From the NCBI GenBank assembly GCA_964454125.1, contig CAYVSL010000009.1:38475-70474 (forward strand): a stretch of 32,000 bases of DNA, written 5' to 3'. The translations under genes were made by a program, and so were the position numbers. Below the pieces are notes generated by a model. It saw nothing but the letters and a program-made list of their open reading frames with translations. It was not told where the DNA came from and made no database searches. Position 1 is the stretch's first letter; each line of letters opens with the position of its first letter. This document shows positions 10,026 to 19,722 of this stretch, in pieces. This DNA is from an uncultured Kangiella sp. Its GTDB lineage: Bacteria; Pseudomonadota; Gammaproteobacteria; Enterobacterales; Kangiellaceae.

Positions 10026-10649
10026 TTAAAGTTGGCTTGCTTGTTTGGCTAACCGAGTAATTTCAGGCCAGTTTTTGTTAGCAATTAATTGTTTGTCTAA
10101 CATCCAAGTTCCACCTACACAAGCTACATTAAATAACGTTAGAAATTCGGTAGCATTTTTTAGGTTAACTCCGCCAGTAGGGCAAAAAGTTACCTGAGGT
10201 AATGGACCTCCGATAGATTTCAGCATATTGACGCCGCCAGCGGCGGCTGCGGGAAAAAATTTCATCGTATCAAATCCATTGTTTAGAAGATTCATGACTT
10301 CCGATGGTGTGGCTGCTCCCGGTAATAAAGGGGCAGAATTTTGCTTAACGGCTTCTAATAATTCAGGCGTTGTTCCGGGACTTACCATAAAATCTACATT
10401 CGCGTTCAGAGAGGCTTGCATTGTTTCGATACTGATCACTGTGCCACTTCCTACAATGCTCTGCGGAAGTGCTTGTTTGATTTCAGTGATCGCCTTTATG
10501 GCCATCGGTGTTCGTAATGTTATTTCAAGAACGTTTAAGCCACCGTCAACTAAAGCTGCCGCTAAAGGCACTGCATCTTCAATTCGGTCAATAACCACTA
10601 CCGGAATAACACGAGTTTTCTGCATGATTTGTTTGATACTAAGTGACAA
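10026..10649 (-). CDS. eda: 2-dehydro-3-deoxyphosphogluconate (KDPG) aldolase
   Basis: 207 aa of Eda type: PVVVI...GLNVLEITLRTP, GAGTV-like GSGTV, and the Schiff-base lysine context MKFFPA. Sits in the ED operon. Confidence 0.9.
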   Translation of the reverse strand: MSLSIKQIMQKTRVIPVVVIDRIEDAVPLAAALVDGGLNVLEITLRTPMAIKAITEIKQALPQSIVGSGTVISIETMQASLNANVDFMVSPGTTPELLEAVKQNSAPLLPGAATPSEVMNLLNNGFDTMKFFPAAAAGGVNMLKSIGGPLPQVTFCPTGGVNLKNATEFLTLFNVACVGGTWMLDKQLIANKNWPEITRLAKQASQL

Positions 10650-10697
10650 AATATTTCTCTCTCTATTTTTTAAATTCAGATAACGTCATTAAAATAA

Positions 10698-11417
10698 CTA
10701 AGCCGCCCAGAAAATTTCAACCGGTGTGTTGGTTTGGTTTAGCAGTCCACTGACGGGATATTTTTCGGGTTTGTTTTCTTTTTTTGCCAAGTTGATAACC
10801 TCTAATTTGGCTTCGCCAGTCAGGAGCAAAATTATTAAATCACTGTTTAGAATGGCTGCCAGTGTTAAACTCATTCGTTCGGGATAATCACCGGCTACAG
10901 GACAACCACTACCATCAATTGCGATGCAAATATTCGAATTAGTTAAATCAAGTGCTTGGTTAATGGGTTTTGAATTTGGAAATAAGGATGCTACATGCCC
11001 ATCGAGCCCCATACCAAGCATTGTCAGGCTGAAAGGGGAGGAAAATTCAAGATAGTCTCTATTGCATTGTGCCTCGCCGTCAATGGCTCTATCGTGCGGG
11101 TTTTTCATTGCAACGTATTTTGCTTCTTTCGCGTTTTCAATCAAAAAGGTTCGCTCGGTCAAACCTTGATTACTTTGTGGGTGGTTGGATGGCAACCAGC
11201 GCTCATCGGACTGAGCAACGGTTATTTTTTTCCAATCAAGGGATGAGTTTGCAAGTTGTTTAAAAGCTGGCCCTGGTGTAGAACCGCCGGGTATAACAAA
11301 ACTTGCTTCATTATTTTTATCCAAGGTGATCTTAAGTTGCTCTTGACAGCGATCAGCAACGGCAGAAAATAGTTCATCCCGGCTTGTATATTTATGTATT
11401 TGTATATTATTCATCAA
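10698..11417 (-). CDS. pgl: 6-phosphogluconolactonase
   Basis: IPGGSTP, the DERW motif (SDERWLP) and GMGLDGHVASLFP are hallmarks of Pgl/DevB. Located between zwf and eda. Confidence 0.9.
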   Translation of the reverse strand: MMNNIQIHKYTSRDELFSAVADRCQEQLKITLDKNNEASFVIPGGSTPGPAFKQLANSSLDWKKITVAQSDERWLPSNHPQSNQGLTERTFLIENAKEAKYVAMKNPHDRAIDGEAQCNRDYLEFSSPFSLTMLGMGLDGHVASLFPNSKPINQALDLTNSNICIAIDGSGCPVAGDYPERMSLTLAAILNSDLIILLLTGEAKLEVINLAKKENKPEKYPVSGLLNQTNTPVEIFWAA

Positions 11418-11460
11418 TCGATTTCTTTGTATTTTTCAATAATGATTTTGAACCTAGAAG

Positions 11461-12936
11461 CTATTTCTCTATGTCAATCCATTCACGCTTATCTGCGGCT
11501 AAAAGCTCATCAGATTCACTCGGCCCCCAACTACCCGCTCGATATAAATAAGGAACGACATCATTTTCTCTCCAATAATCAATAATAGGGTCAACCCAGT
11601 GCCAAGCAGCGCTACCCTCATCTCTATGGATAAACAGTGAAGCGTTTCCAGAAATTGCATCGAGTAATAACCGCTTATATCCAAAACTTTTAAATCCATT
11701 AGATGATTTGGTAAAGTTTAAATCTAACTTAACGGGTTTTAAAACGGTTTTAAGTTGAGTCATATCTTTTGCCATTAACAAAAGCTGCATTCTTTCTTCT
11801 GGTTGTAGTTGGATAATTAACCTGTTAGGTACTAATGGCCCAGCCTCAGCGTCAAATGCATTGTGTGAGACGTTTTTAAATTGAATAACAATTTCCGCAC
11901 TACGTCGTTTAAGTCGTTTGCCTGTTCTCAAATAAAAGGGGACTTGTGCCCAGCGCCAGTTATCTATGTTGGCACGGATCGCAACAAAGGTTTCGGTTTG
12001 ACTTGTTCCAGAACCTAGCTCTTCAAGGTATCCAGGTTCTAATTTTCCTTCAACATTCCCTGCCACATATTGTCCGCGAACCGTATATTTTTTAACATCA
12101 TCGCCGGTAATTGGTCGAAGTGCTTGAAGTACTTTAATTTTTTCTGTGCGAATATTGTCTGCGCCCATTTTGTTGGGTGATTCCATCGCAACCAGTCCAA
12201 GTAATTGAAGTAAATGATTTTGTACCATATCGCGCATTGCGCCGGCGCCATCATAAAACCCCGCTCGTCCTTCCAATCCAACTTGTTCGTTAATGCTGAT
12301 TTGAATATGGTCAATAGATTTAGCATCCCAAAACTGTTCAAACAAAGAATTACTAAAGCGTAATGCTAATAAATTCTGTACGGTTTCTTTACCTAAATAA
12401 TGATCAATACGATAGATTTGTTCTTCCTGAAAGTGATTGGCTATTTTCTGATTGATAGCTTCAGCAGAAACTTGGTCATAACCAATTGGTTTTTCTACAA
12501 CGACACGAGAGTCCGTTGTAATAAGATCCGCTTTGTCTAGGTTTTCACAACAGTCGCCATAAATACTCGGAATAATTGCGAGATAAAAAATTCTGGGGAA
12601 AGAAGCACGCCCCTCAAAGAGGGTGATAAATTCCTTCCAGCCTTTTTGATAGTCTGCAACATCAACGATTGCCGGTTGAATGAGTTTGGTAAATTGCTTA
12701 AAACTCTTGGTGCAAAACTCATCCTGCAACATAAATTTTTTGAATGCCGTTTCGACAATGGATAAAGTATTATCGTAATCTTTTTGTTTTCTTGAACACA
12801 CCAATATTCTAGAGCCTTGTGGAATTTCCTCTTCCATAAATGCGCGATACATAGAGGGCAGCAGTTTCCGCAGCGATAGATCGCCCGTTCCGCCAAATAA
12901 AACTAAATCAAAAGGTTTATCTAATACAGTTGTCAA
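11461..12936 (-). CDS. zwf: glucose-6-phosphate 1-dehydrogenase
   Basis: LFGGTGDLSLRKL dinucleotide-binding motif and the G6PD signature RIDHYLGKE. TTG start with AAGAG ~8 nt upstream; no upstream ATG is available before the edd stop. Confidence 0.95.
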   Translation of the reverse strand: MTTVLDKPFDLVLFGGTGDLSLRKLLPSMYRAFMEEEIPQGSRILVCSRKQKDYDNTLSIVETAFKKFMLQDEFCTKSFKQFTKLIQPAIVDVADYQKGWKEFITLFEGRASFPRIFYLAIIPSIYGDCCENLDKADLITTDSRVVVEKPIGYDQVSAEAINQKIANHFQEEQIYRIDHYLGKETVQNLLALRFSNSLFEQFWDAKSIDHIQISINEQVGLEGRAGFYDGAGAMRDMVQNHLLQLLGLVAMESPNKMGADNIRTEKIKVLQALRPITGDDVKKYTVRGQYVAGNVEGKLEPGYLEELGSGTSQTETFVAIRANIDNWRWAQVPFYLRTGKRLKRRSAEIVIQFKNVSHNAFDAEAGPLVPNRLIIQLQPEERMQLLLMAKDMTQLKTVLKPVKLDLNFTKSSNGFKSFGYKRLLLDAISGNASLFIHRDEGSAAWHWVDPIIDYWRENDVVPYLYRAGSWGPSESDELLAADKREWIDIEK

Positions 12937-12964
12937 AATATTTGTCTCTTAAAATGAATGCTGA

Positions 12965-14833
12965 TTAACCGAAACTAGTTGCACCGTGTTCTGCGCTGGT
13001 CACATTTTTTCTAAAATTCTTAAACAATTCTCTCCCCATACCAACTTGATCTTGGTCGTTGGGCTTTAGAGCTTGTTTACGTTTAGATAAAGTATTTTCT
13101 GTGACCATTAATTCGAGTGTTCCCTGTTTTGCATCTAGTCGAATCATGTCACCATTGGCAATTTTTCCGATCAGTCCATTATCTAACGCTTCCGGTACGA
13201 GATGAATAGCAGCCGGAATTTTTCCAGAAGCGCCTGACATTCGCCCGTCAGTGACTAGTGCGACAGAGAACCCCGCATCTTGTAATGAGCCTAAAATAGG
13301 AGTGAGTTTGTGGAGTTCCGGCATGCCGTTGGCTTGTGGGCCTTGAAAGCGAATGACCGCAATAAAGTCCTTTTGTAATTTGCCTTGCTTAAATAAATTA
13401 ACCAAATCATTTTGATCATCGACGACCACCGCTTGAGCTTCAACCACCAACCGATCTTCAGCCACCGAAGAGGTTTTGATTACTGATCGGCCCAGATTCC
13501 CGGTTAATAATTGCAATCCACCCTGTTGACTAAACGCTTTTTTTGTTGGGCACAAAACAGATTCATCCAAGCTATCCTGAGGAGCCTCTTTCCATTGAAC
13601 CCATTTACTTTCAGATCCAACCTGATGATTCTGTCTGAAAATTTCCGCTTGATTGTTATCAATTAATTCAGGTTCTTCAAAATAATGGCAAAGACCTTTC
13701 CCCATCACGGTATAAACATCTTGATGTAAATATCCTGCATCACTGAGTTCCCTAATTAAAAAGGGCATACCACCAGCGGCCTGAAAATGATTGATGTCGG
13801 CGCTACCATTAGGGTAAATTCTACAAAGCAATGGCACGGTCGCGGAGATATTGGCCATATCTTGCCAATCAATAATGATCCCTGCGGCTCTAGCGATAGC
13901 GATAATATGAATCGCGTGATTAGTCGATCCGCCAGTGGCAAATAAACCGACTAATCCATTAACGATCGTTTTTTCGCTAATAATTTTGTAAAGAGGAACT
14001 TGTTCGGATTTATTTTGCTGTAGATTATTGAGCAATATTTCAACCGCTTTACTCGATAAACAATCCCTTAGTTCTGTACTTGGTGGTACAAAAGAGCTGC
14101 CAGCTAAATGTAACCCCATTATTTCCATTAACATCTGATTGCTATTGGCAGTACCGTAAAAAGTACAGGTTCCCTCACCATGATAGGACGCGCTCTCGGA
14201 GGCTAATAATTCTTTTCTACCCACTTTACCTTCGGCATAGGCTTGTCGGACTTTTGCCTTGGCGTCATTACTTTGTCCGGTCAACATAGGTCCGGCAGGT
14301 AAAAAGATAGTGGGTAAATGAGCAAAACTTAATGCTCCGATAAGTAGTCCAGGAACGATCTTATCGCATACGCCTAAACAAATAATTCCATCAAACATGT
14401 CATGTGATAATGAGACAGCTGTGGCCATTGCAATTAAATCGCGACTAAAAAGTGACAATTCCATGCCAGCCTGTCCTTGGGTCACTCCATCACACATTGC
14501 CGGGACACATCCTGCTAGCTGCGCGGTAGCTCCCAATCGAGATGCGGTGGTTTTAATTAGGTCGGGGTAGTTACCGTAAGGATGATGAGCAGACAGCATA
14601 TCGTTGTATGCACTAATAATTGCTAGGTTTGGCGCGTCTTCTTTGGCTAAGATTGATTTTTCGGTCGAATTGCAAGCGGCCATACCATGAGCCAAATTGC
14701 CGCAACTTAATGCTGAGCGTGTTCGGCCGGTTGTAAGTGCAGCCTCCATTCGCACAACGTATCTCTCTCTTGTTGGCTTACTTTTAGCCATGATAGATTG
14801 GGTGATACGATCAATATTGTCCGTTAATGTCAT
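12965..14833 (-). CDS. edd: phosphogluconate dehydratase
   Basis: Collinear with E. coli Edd by eye: [51 protein letters not shown]. Confidence 0.95.
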   Translation of the reverse strand: MTLTDNIDRITQSIMAKSKPTRERYVVRMEAALTTGRTRSALSCGNLAHGMAACNSTEKSILAKEDAPNLAIISAYNDMLSAHHPYGNYPDLIKTTASRLGATAQLAGCVPAMCDGVTQGQAGMELSLFSRDLIAMATAVSLSHDMFDGIICLGVCDKIVPGLLIGALSFAHLPTIFLPAGPMLTGQSNDAKAKVRQAYAEGKVGRKELLASESASYHGEGTCTFYGTANSNQMLMEIMGLHLAGSSFVPPSTELRDCLSSKAVEILLNNLQQNKSEQVPLYKIISEKTIVNGLVGLFATGGSTNHAIHIIAIARAAGIIIDWQDMANISATVPLLCRIYPNGSADINHFQAAGGMPFLIRELSDAGYLHQDVYTVMGKGLCHYFEEPELIDNNQAEIFRQNHQVGSESKWVQWKEAPQDSLDESVLCPTKKAFSQQGGLQLLTGNLGRSVIKTSSVAEDRLVVEAQAVVVDDQNDLVNLFKQGKLQKDFIAVIRFQGPQANGMPELHKLTPILGSLQDAGFSVALVTDGRMSGASGKIPAAIHLVPEALDNGLIGKIANGDMIRLDAKQGTLELMVTENTLSKRKQALKPNDQDQVGMGRELFKNFRKNVTSAEHGATSFG

Positions 14834-14934
14834 TTAAATGTCTCTATAATGGCTGTATTGCACTTTTCAAAAGTAGATCTAGTCAAAATTGAAGTAGGAG
14901 CTTTGTTATATCCTATTGTATACGTGACTTTTCT

Positions 14935-14963
14935 ATTAACTCATGTTATGACACCGGTGTCAA
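14935..14963 (-). promoter_or_regulatory. sigma-70-type promoter for edd operon (TTGACA-17-GTTAAT) overlapped by LacI-type operator TGACACCGGTGTCA (14949-14962)
   Basis: The minus strand reads cTTGACAccggtgtcataacatgaGTTAAT. The perfect 14-bp palindrome covers the -35 hexamer and spacer. It lies 116 bp upstream of the edd start. Confidence 0.55.
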
Positions 14964-15139
14964 GAAGCTTTAAATTAGATTTTGACATTGATATAGGGAG
15001 TAACGGTTTAGGTGACGGGTTTCGAATCAGTTGAAATTGAGTTTTATGAGTTAATTCAGAGTGTTAATAGATATGAATTCGATTTGGACAATTAATGGGT
15101 GCTGGATGGTTACTCTTTCCATGACTTCAACTGATTATT

Positions 15140-16168
15140 CTAGGTTAAACCATTCTTTGGTGCTGGTGCGCTAGATTCTCTAACGATTAGCTCGTCCTTA
15201 AATGTCACTATTCGGTTTTCTAATGGTTTGTTTTTAATGGTCCTGATTAACATTCTTGCTGCTTCAAAAGCCATTTCGGTGATTGGTTGCTTTATGGTGG
15301 TTAAAGACGGCCAGATATAACGTGACGCTGGCGCATTGTCAAACCCGGTAACGGTTAGATCATTGGGGATTGAAAGATTTTTTTGGGTCGCGACTTTAAC
15401 AATACCGGCCGCCATGTAGTCATTTGAGGCAAAAATAGCCGTTGGTCGATTTACCAGTGAAAGTAGTTTTCGGGCACAGTTTTCTCCAGATTCAAAAGTA
15501 AAATAGCCTTGTTGAATATAATCGTCCTGAACGGGAAGCCCTGCCTCTTGTAAAGCTTTTTGGTAGCCTAACAATCTCTCATGGGATGCCGCATGGTCAG
15601 GGTGACCCATTATAATAGCAATTTTGGTATGTCCGAGAGAGACCAGATATCGACACATTTCATAAGATGCTTCGGCGTCGTTACTATAAACGCTAGGAGT
15701 GCTTTTAATAGACAGATCGCCACCGATGCGGATAGTCGGGATCCTTTTTTCAGTTAAAAATTCTAATAGTGGCGCCATGTCAGAAAAAGGTGGCGTTAAA
15801 ATAATACCGTCAAGATTAGCACTCATTAAGCCTCTCTCCAGATTCGTTAATAAGTCATCATTTTCATGATCTTCCGGATAAATGATCAAATTATAACCGT
15901 CTATCTTACAACGCTTTAATGCACCGCTTTGAATTTTTGAAACAAAACTATTGCTGGGGCTTGCATAGACTAGTCCGATTAAAAATGACTGGTTACTGGC
16001 AAGCGCTCTAGCTTGAGGATTGGGGCGGTAACCGAGTTCTTCGAAGGCGTTGTGGACTTTAATTTTTGTATCGGGACTAACGTTTGCTTCGTTGTTGAGT
16101 ACTCGAGAAATAGTTTTTTTAGAAACACCTGCGTGTTCGGCGACGTCATTTATAGTAACTTTTTTCAA
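15140..16168 (-). CDS. LacI-family transcriptional regulator (likely repressor of the adjacent ED/sugar-acid operon)
   Basis: N-terminal HTH VTINDVAEHAGVSKKTISRVLNN followed by a periplasmic-binding-protein-like sugar-binding core. Placed immediately upstream of edd on the same strand. Confidence 0.9.
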   Translation of the reverse strand: MKKVTINDVAEHAGVSKKTISRVLNNEANVSPDTKIKVHNAFEELGYRPNPQARALASNQSFLIGLVYASPSNSFVSKIQSGALKRCKIDGYNLIIYPEDHENDDLLTNLERGLMSANLDGIILTPPFSDMAPLLEFLTEKRIPTIRIGGDLSIKSTPSVYSNDAEASYEMCRYLVSLGHTKIAIIMGHPDHAASHERLLGYQKALQEAGLPVQDDYIQQGYFTFESGENCARKLLSLVNRPTAIFASNDYMAAGIVKVATQKNLSIPNDLTVTGFDNAPASRYIWPSLTTIKQPITEMAFEAARMLIRTIKNKPLENRIVTFKDELIVRESSAPAPKNGLT

Positions 16169-16306
16169 TGATTGACCTCTTGCTCTGGCTTTTGCTGATA
16201 TTGATAAAACAAAGCTTGATTACTCTGGGATTTTGGGTTGGTAAAATCAATCAAACTTTCAGCAAGTTTGTAATAAGATTAATCAATTGGTAATCGGTAT
16301 ACCGCC

Positions 16307-16336
16307 ATGATACCGGTGTCATTATGCTAATGTCAA
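16307..16336 (-). promoter_or_regulatory. sigma-70-type promoter of the LacI-family gene (TTGACA-18-TATCAT) overlapped by operator TGATACCGGTGTCA (16308-16321)
   Basis: The minus strand reads TTGACAttagcataatgacaccggTATCAT. The 14-mer is 13/14 identical to the edd-proximal palindrome and covers the spacer and -10. A separate 10-bp palindrome CGGTATACCG lies at 16295-16304. Confidence 0.5.
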
Positions 16337-16505
16337 AATAGTTACGATATTTGTAGGGATGTTTGGGGATAAAATAACGAGGATTTTTGTATGTTAATGT
16401 TATAAGTCAATTTTTCCAATATTTAAAATTGATAAATAGAACAAGCTGTAGCATGATTGGTCGCAAGTAAACTGAGCGGGACTAAACTAAAAGGTTAATA
16501 ATAGG

Positions 16506-17231
16506 ATGAGTGGATTTGATAAAGTAGTGACCAGCTATAAAGAAGCGATGGCAGGTCTAGAGGATGATATGACGGTTATCGCTGGAGGCTTCGGTTTATG
16601 TGGTATTCCAGAAAATTTAATCGCCGAAATTAAACGCAAACAGACTAGGGGTTTGACGTTTGTTTCAAATAATTGCGGAGTGGATAATTTCGGTTTAGGC
16701 GTTCTTTTACCTAACCGCCAGATCAAAAAAATCGTTGCGTCGTATGTCGGTGAAAATGCTGAATTTGAAAGACAAATGATGGCTGGAGAACTAGAGGTTG
16801 AATTGACACCTCAAGGCACATTAGCTGAAAAAATGCGTGCTGGCGGTGCCGGTATCCCTGCTTTTTATACAGCGACCGGGGTTGGGACACCCGTTGCTGA
16901 AGGAAAAGACCAACGCCAGTTTAACGGCCGCGATTATATTCTGGAAGAATCTATCACTGGCGATTTTGCCATCATAAAAGCCTGGAAGGCCGATCGTTAC
17001 GGTAATCTAGTATTTCGACAAACGGCGCGTAATTTTAATCCTATGGCAGCGACCGCTGGCAAAATCACTGTCGTTGAAGTTGAAGAAATTGTTGAACCTG
17101 GTGAACTTAATCCAGATGGAATCCATACTCCTGGGATTTATGTCAATCGTCTGATCCAAGGCACCTTTGAAAAACGTATCGAGCAACGCACCATCCGCCC
17201 CCCACATTCGACTTCGGCAGCAGGAGAATAA
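16506..17231 (+). CDS. scoA: 3-oxoacid CoA-transferase subunit A (class I CoA-transferase alpha)
   Basis: Typical subunit A sequence ([39 protein letters not shown]). Followed 2 nt later by subunit B. Confidence 0.9.
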   Translation: MSGFDKVVTSYKEAMAGLEDDMTVIAGGFGLCGIPENLIAEIKRKQTRGLTFVSNNCGVDNFGLGVLLPNRQIKKIVASYVGENAEFERQMMAGELEVELTPQGTLAEKMRAGGAGIPAFYTATGVGTPVAEGKDQRQFNGRDYILEESITGDFAIIKAWKADRYGNLVFRQTARNFNPMAATAGKITVVEVEEIVEPGELNPDGIHTPGIYVNRLIQGTFEKRIEQRTIRPPHSTSAAGE

Positions 17232-17233
17232 TC

Positions 17234-17890
17234 ATGGCTTTATCCAGAGATCAAATTGCAAAGCGTGTTGCTCAAGAGTTACGAGATGGTTATTACGTCA
17301 ACCTAGGTATTGGTATACCTACTTTAGTGGCAAATTTTATACCCAAAGAAATGGAGGTGATGTTGCAGTCCGAAAATGGACTGTTAGGTATGGGACCATT
17401 TCCAACCGAAGAAGAAATTGATGCAGACTTAATTAATGCAGGCAAACAAACCGTGACCATGGCAACCGGAGCTTCCATTTTCGATTCTGCAGAATCTTTT
17501 GCGATGATCCGTGGTGGTCATGTGGACTTAACGGTATTAGGCGCTTTTGAAGTTGATGTGAATGGTAATATTGCTTCTTATATGATCCCTGGAAAACTAA
17601 TTAAAGGTATGGGCGGTGCGATGGATTTAGTCGCTGGAGCAGACAATATTATCGTGACCATGACTCATGCATCAAAACACGGTCAGTCTAAGCTATTAGC
17701 TAACTGCACTTTACCGCTGACCGGTAAAGGCTGTATAAAGTTGGTACTGACGGATTTGGCGTTTATTAAAATTGAAGACGGTAAATTTCATTTGCTTGAA
17801 AGAGCGCCCGGAGTATCCGTTGAAGAAATTGTTCGATTAACGGATGGAGAACTAGTGGTTCCAGACAAAGTTCCGGAAATGCGGTTTTGA
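17234..17890 (+). CDS. scoB: 3-oxoacid CoA-transferase subunit B
   Basis: Contains the catalytic-glutamate motif QSENGLLGMGP and GGAMDLV, characteristic of beta subunits of class I CoA-transferases. Confidence 0.9.
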   Translation: MALSRDQIAKRVAQELRDGYYVNLGIGIPTLVANFIPKEMEVMLQSENGLLGMGPFPTEEEIDADLINAGKQTVTMATGASIFDSAESFAMIRGGHVDLTVLGAFEVDVNGNIASYMIPGKLIKGMGGAMDLVAGADNIIVTMTHASKHGQSKLLANCTLPLTGKGCIKLVLTDLAFIKIEDGKFHLLERAPGVSVEEIVRLTDGELVVPDKVPEMRF

Positions 17891-17919
17891 ATTTCTTTTT
17901 GGCTTTATGAAACCAAAAA

Positions 17920-17952
17920 GGCCTGAAATTAATGATTTCAGGCCTTTTTTTT
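17920..17952. terminator. rho-independent terminator shared by convergent scoB and tRNA-Val
   Basis: Perfect 10-bp stem GGCCTGAAAT / ATTTCAGGCC with a 5-nt loop. It is flanked by an A-run on the left and an 8-T run on the right, so it could work in both directions. Confidence 0.75.
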
Positions 17953-17957
17953 AAATG

Positions 17958-18033
17958 TGGTGGGCGCTAGTGGGCTCGAACCACTGACCCTCGCCTTGTA
18001 AGGGCGATGCTCTCCCAACTGAGCTAAGCGCCC
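17958..18033 (-). tRNA. tRNA-Val (anticodon UAC)
   Basis: The reverse complement folds as a full cloverleaf: acceptor GGGCGCT/AGCGCCC, D stem GCTC/GAGC, anticodon stem TCGCC/GGCGA with loop CTTACAA, T arm AGTGG-TTCGAGC-CCACT, and encoded CCA. Confidence 0.95.
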
Positions 18034-18079
18034 ACATTTTCCGGGTCTCTTAATAGGTGTTGCGTCTCAAGAGGAGCGC

Positions 18080-18108
18080 ATTCTAGAGCCAATCAACTAT
18101 TCGGTCAA
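18080..18108 (-). promoter_or_regulatory. sigma-70 promoter of tRNA-Val (TTGACC-17-TAGAAT, GC-rich discriminator)
   Basis: The minus strand reads TTGACCgaatagttgattggctcTAGAATgcgctcc. It is preceded by an A/T-rich UP-like tract, and GCGC follows the -10 as in stringently controlled stable-RNA promoters. Confidence 0.6.
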
Positions 18109-18190
18109 CCCCTAAATTAAATATTTTTTTGGTATACGATTTGATAGAATAGAGCCAATTTATAGCGATCTTTATAAAAGTGAAATAACA

Positions 18191-19609
18191 ATGGTAGTTA
18201 AAACCCGATTTGCACCTTCTCCAACGGGAGATCTCCATATTGGTGGTGCTCGTACGGCGCTCTATTCATGGCTGCATGCACGTGCCAATGATGGTCAATT
18301 TATATTACGTATTGAAGATACTGATATTGAGCGTTCTACCCCTGAAGCGGTTCAAGCTATAATAGACGGCATGAAATGGTTGGAACTGGATTGGGATGAA
18401 GGGCCAATCTATCAAACTCATCGTTTTGATCGCTACAAAGAGGTCATCGCCCAATTGGTCTCTGAACGAAAGGCATATCCTTGTTTTTGCTCAAGAGAGC
18501 GTTTAGATAATCTTCGAGAAACACAAATGGCGAACAAAAAGAAACCTCGCTATGATGGTAAGTGTCGCGATCTTTCTGCTACTGAAATTGACTTATCTAA
18601 AGACCATGTTATTCGTTTTAAAAATCCTCAACATGGCGTTGTCACCTTTAAAGATGTCGTAAAAGGCGAAATAACAATTGCTAACAAAGAACTCGACGAT
18701 TTGATTATAGCCCGTACTGATGGCGCACCTACGTATAATTTTACCGTAGTGGTCGATGACATGGATATGGGCATTACCCAGGTAGTAAGAGGGGATGATC
18801 ATATCAATAATACGCCGAGGCAAATAAACATATTTGAAGCACTTGATACGGTGGCTCCGGAATACGGTCATGTGCCGATGATATTAGGTGATGACGGAAA
18901 AAAACTTTCTAAACGACATGGTGCGGTAAGTGTCATGCAATATCGTGATGATGGTTATTTGCCGCAAGCCGTCCTCAATTATCTGGTAAGACTCGGTTGG
19001 TCTCATGGTGATCAGGAAATTTTTTCTATCCCTGAAATGAAACAATTATTTGATATTAATAACATCAATAAAGCACCTTCTGCCTTTAATACCGATAAAC
19101 TAAAATGGTTAAATCAACAATATATAAAATCAACACCCGTGAAAGAATTAATGCCTCATTTACAGTGGCACTTAGATCAACAAGGTGTTGATTTGGCTAA
19201 AGGTCCAAAGATTGATAAGTTGATCCCTGAATTTGCCGAAAGAGCGCAAACCTTAAAGGATTTAGTCAGTGCTATAACAACCTATTATCAAGATTTTGAA
19301 GAGTTCGAGGCTAAATCGGCTAAAAAACATTTACGGCCAGTCGCAAGACCTGTACTTGAATTAGTCAAATCGAAACTGGCTGGATTAGACCATTGGGACG
19401 CGGAAGCGATCCAAAAAGCGGTTGATGAAACCGCTGCCGAACTAGAAATAGGTATGGGAAAAGTGGGTATGCCTTTGAGGGTTGCAGCCACTGGTGGAGG
19501 TATGTCGCCTGCGATTGATATCACGCTTAATTGGATTGGCAAAAATCGTACATTAGATCGGATTGATAAGGCACTTGATTTTATTTCAAAGCGAGAAGAA
19601 CAAGGATAA
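18191..19609 (+). CDS. gltX: glutamate--tRNA ligase
   Basis: Class I synthetase motifs HIGG ([14 protein letters not shown]) and KLSKR, with overall GltX collinearity. Adjacent to a divergent tRNA-Val gene, as in enterobacteria. Confidence 0.95.
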   Translation: MVVKTRFAPSPTGDLHIGGARTALYSWLHARANDGQFILRIEDTDIERSTPEAVQAIIDGMKWLELDWDEGPIYQTHRFDRYKEVIAQLVSERKAYPCFCSRERLDNLRETQMANKKKPRYDGKCRDLSATEIDLSKDHVIRFKNPQHGVVTFKDVVKGEITIANKELDDLIIARTDGAPTYNFTVVVDDMDMGITQVVRGDDHINNTPRQINIFEALDTVAPEYGHVPMILGDDGKKLSKRHGAVSVMQYRDDGYLPQAVLNYLVRLGWSHGDQEIFSIPEMKQLFDINNINKAPSAFNTDKLKWLNQQYIKSTPVKELMPHLQWHLDQQGVDLAKGPKIDKLIPEFAERAQTLKDLVSAITTYYQDFEEFEAKSAKKHLRPVARPVLELVKSKLAGLDHWDAEAIQKAVDETAAELEIGMGKVGMPLRVAATGGGMSPAIDITLNWIGKNRTLDRIDKALDFISKREEQG

Positions 19610-19722
19610 ATAGTAGACACAAAAGAACGATTACCGCAGAATATGGGAATAACGAAGGAGTTTTTTACATGTTTTTTTCCGCATCTTCTGTAGTAATAAA
19701 ATTTAGTGTTTAGGGAAACAAT

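Noticed and set aside
10228-10683. A 151-aa ORF antisense to eda. The same applies to similar antisense or nested ORFs in the track (e.g. 353-535, 1031-1213, 2323-2526, 3842-4111, 7891-8131, 9562-9825, 12039-12341, 12537-12896, 19288-19620, 28357-28620, 29899-30135).
   Set aside because: Each lies wholly inside a confidently identified gene on the other strand or in another frame. Their translations are low-complexity or Ala/Ser/Pro-rich, as expected for shadow frames, and none has a convincing ribosome-binding site.
14849-15034. A 61-aa ORF in the edd / LacI-regulator intergenic region.
   Set aside because: It spans the predicted edd promoter and operator, has no Shine-Dalgarno, and its hydrophobic low-complexity translation looks non-coding.
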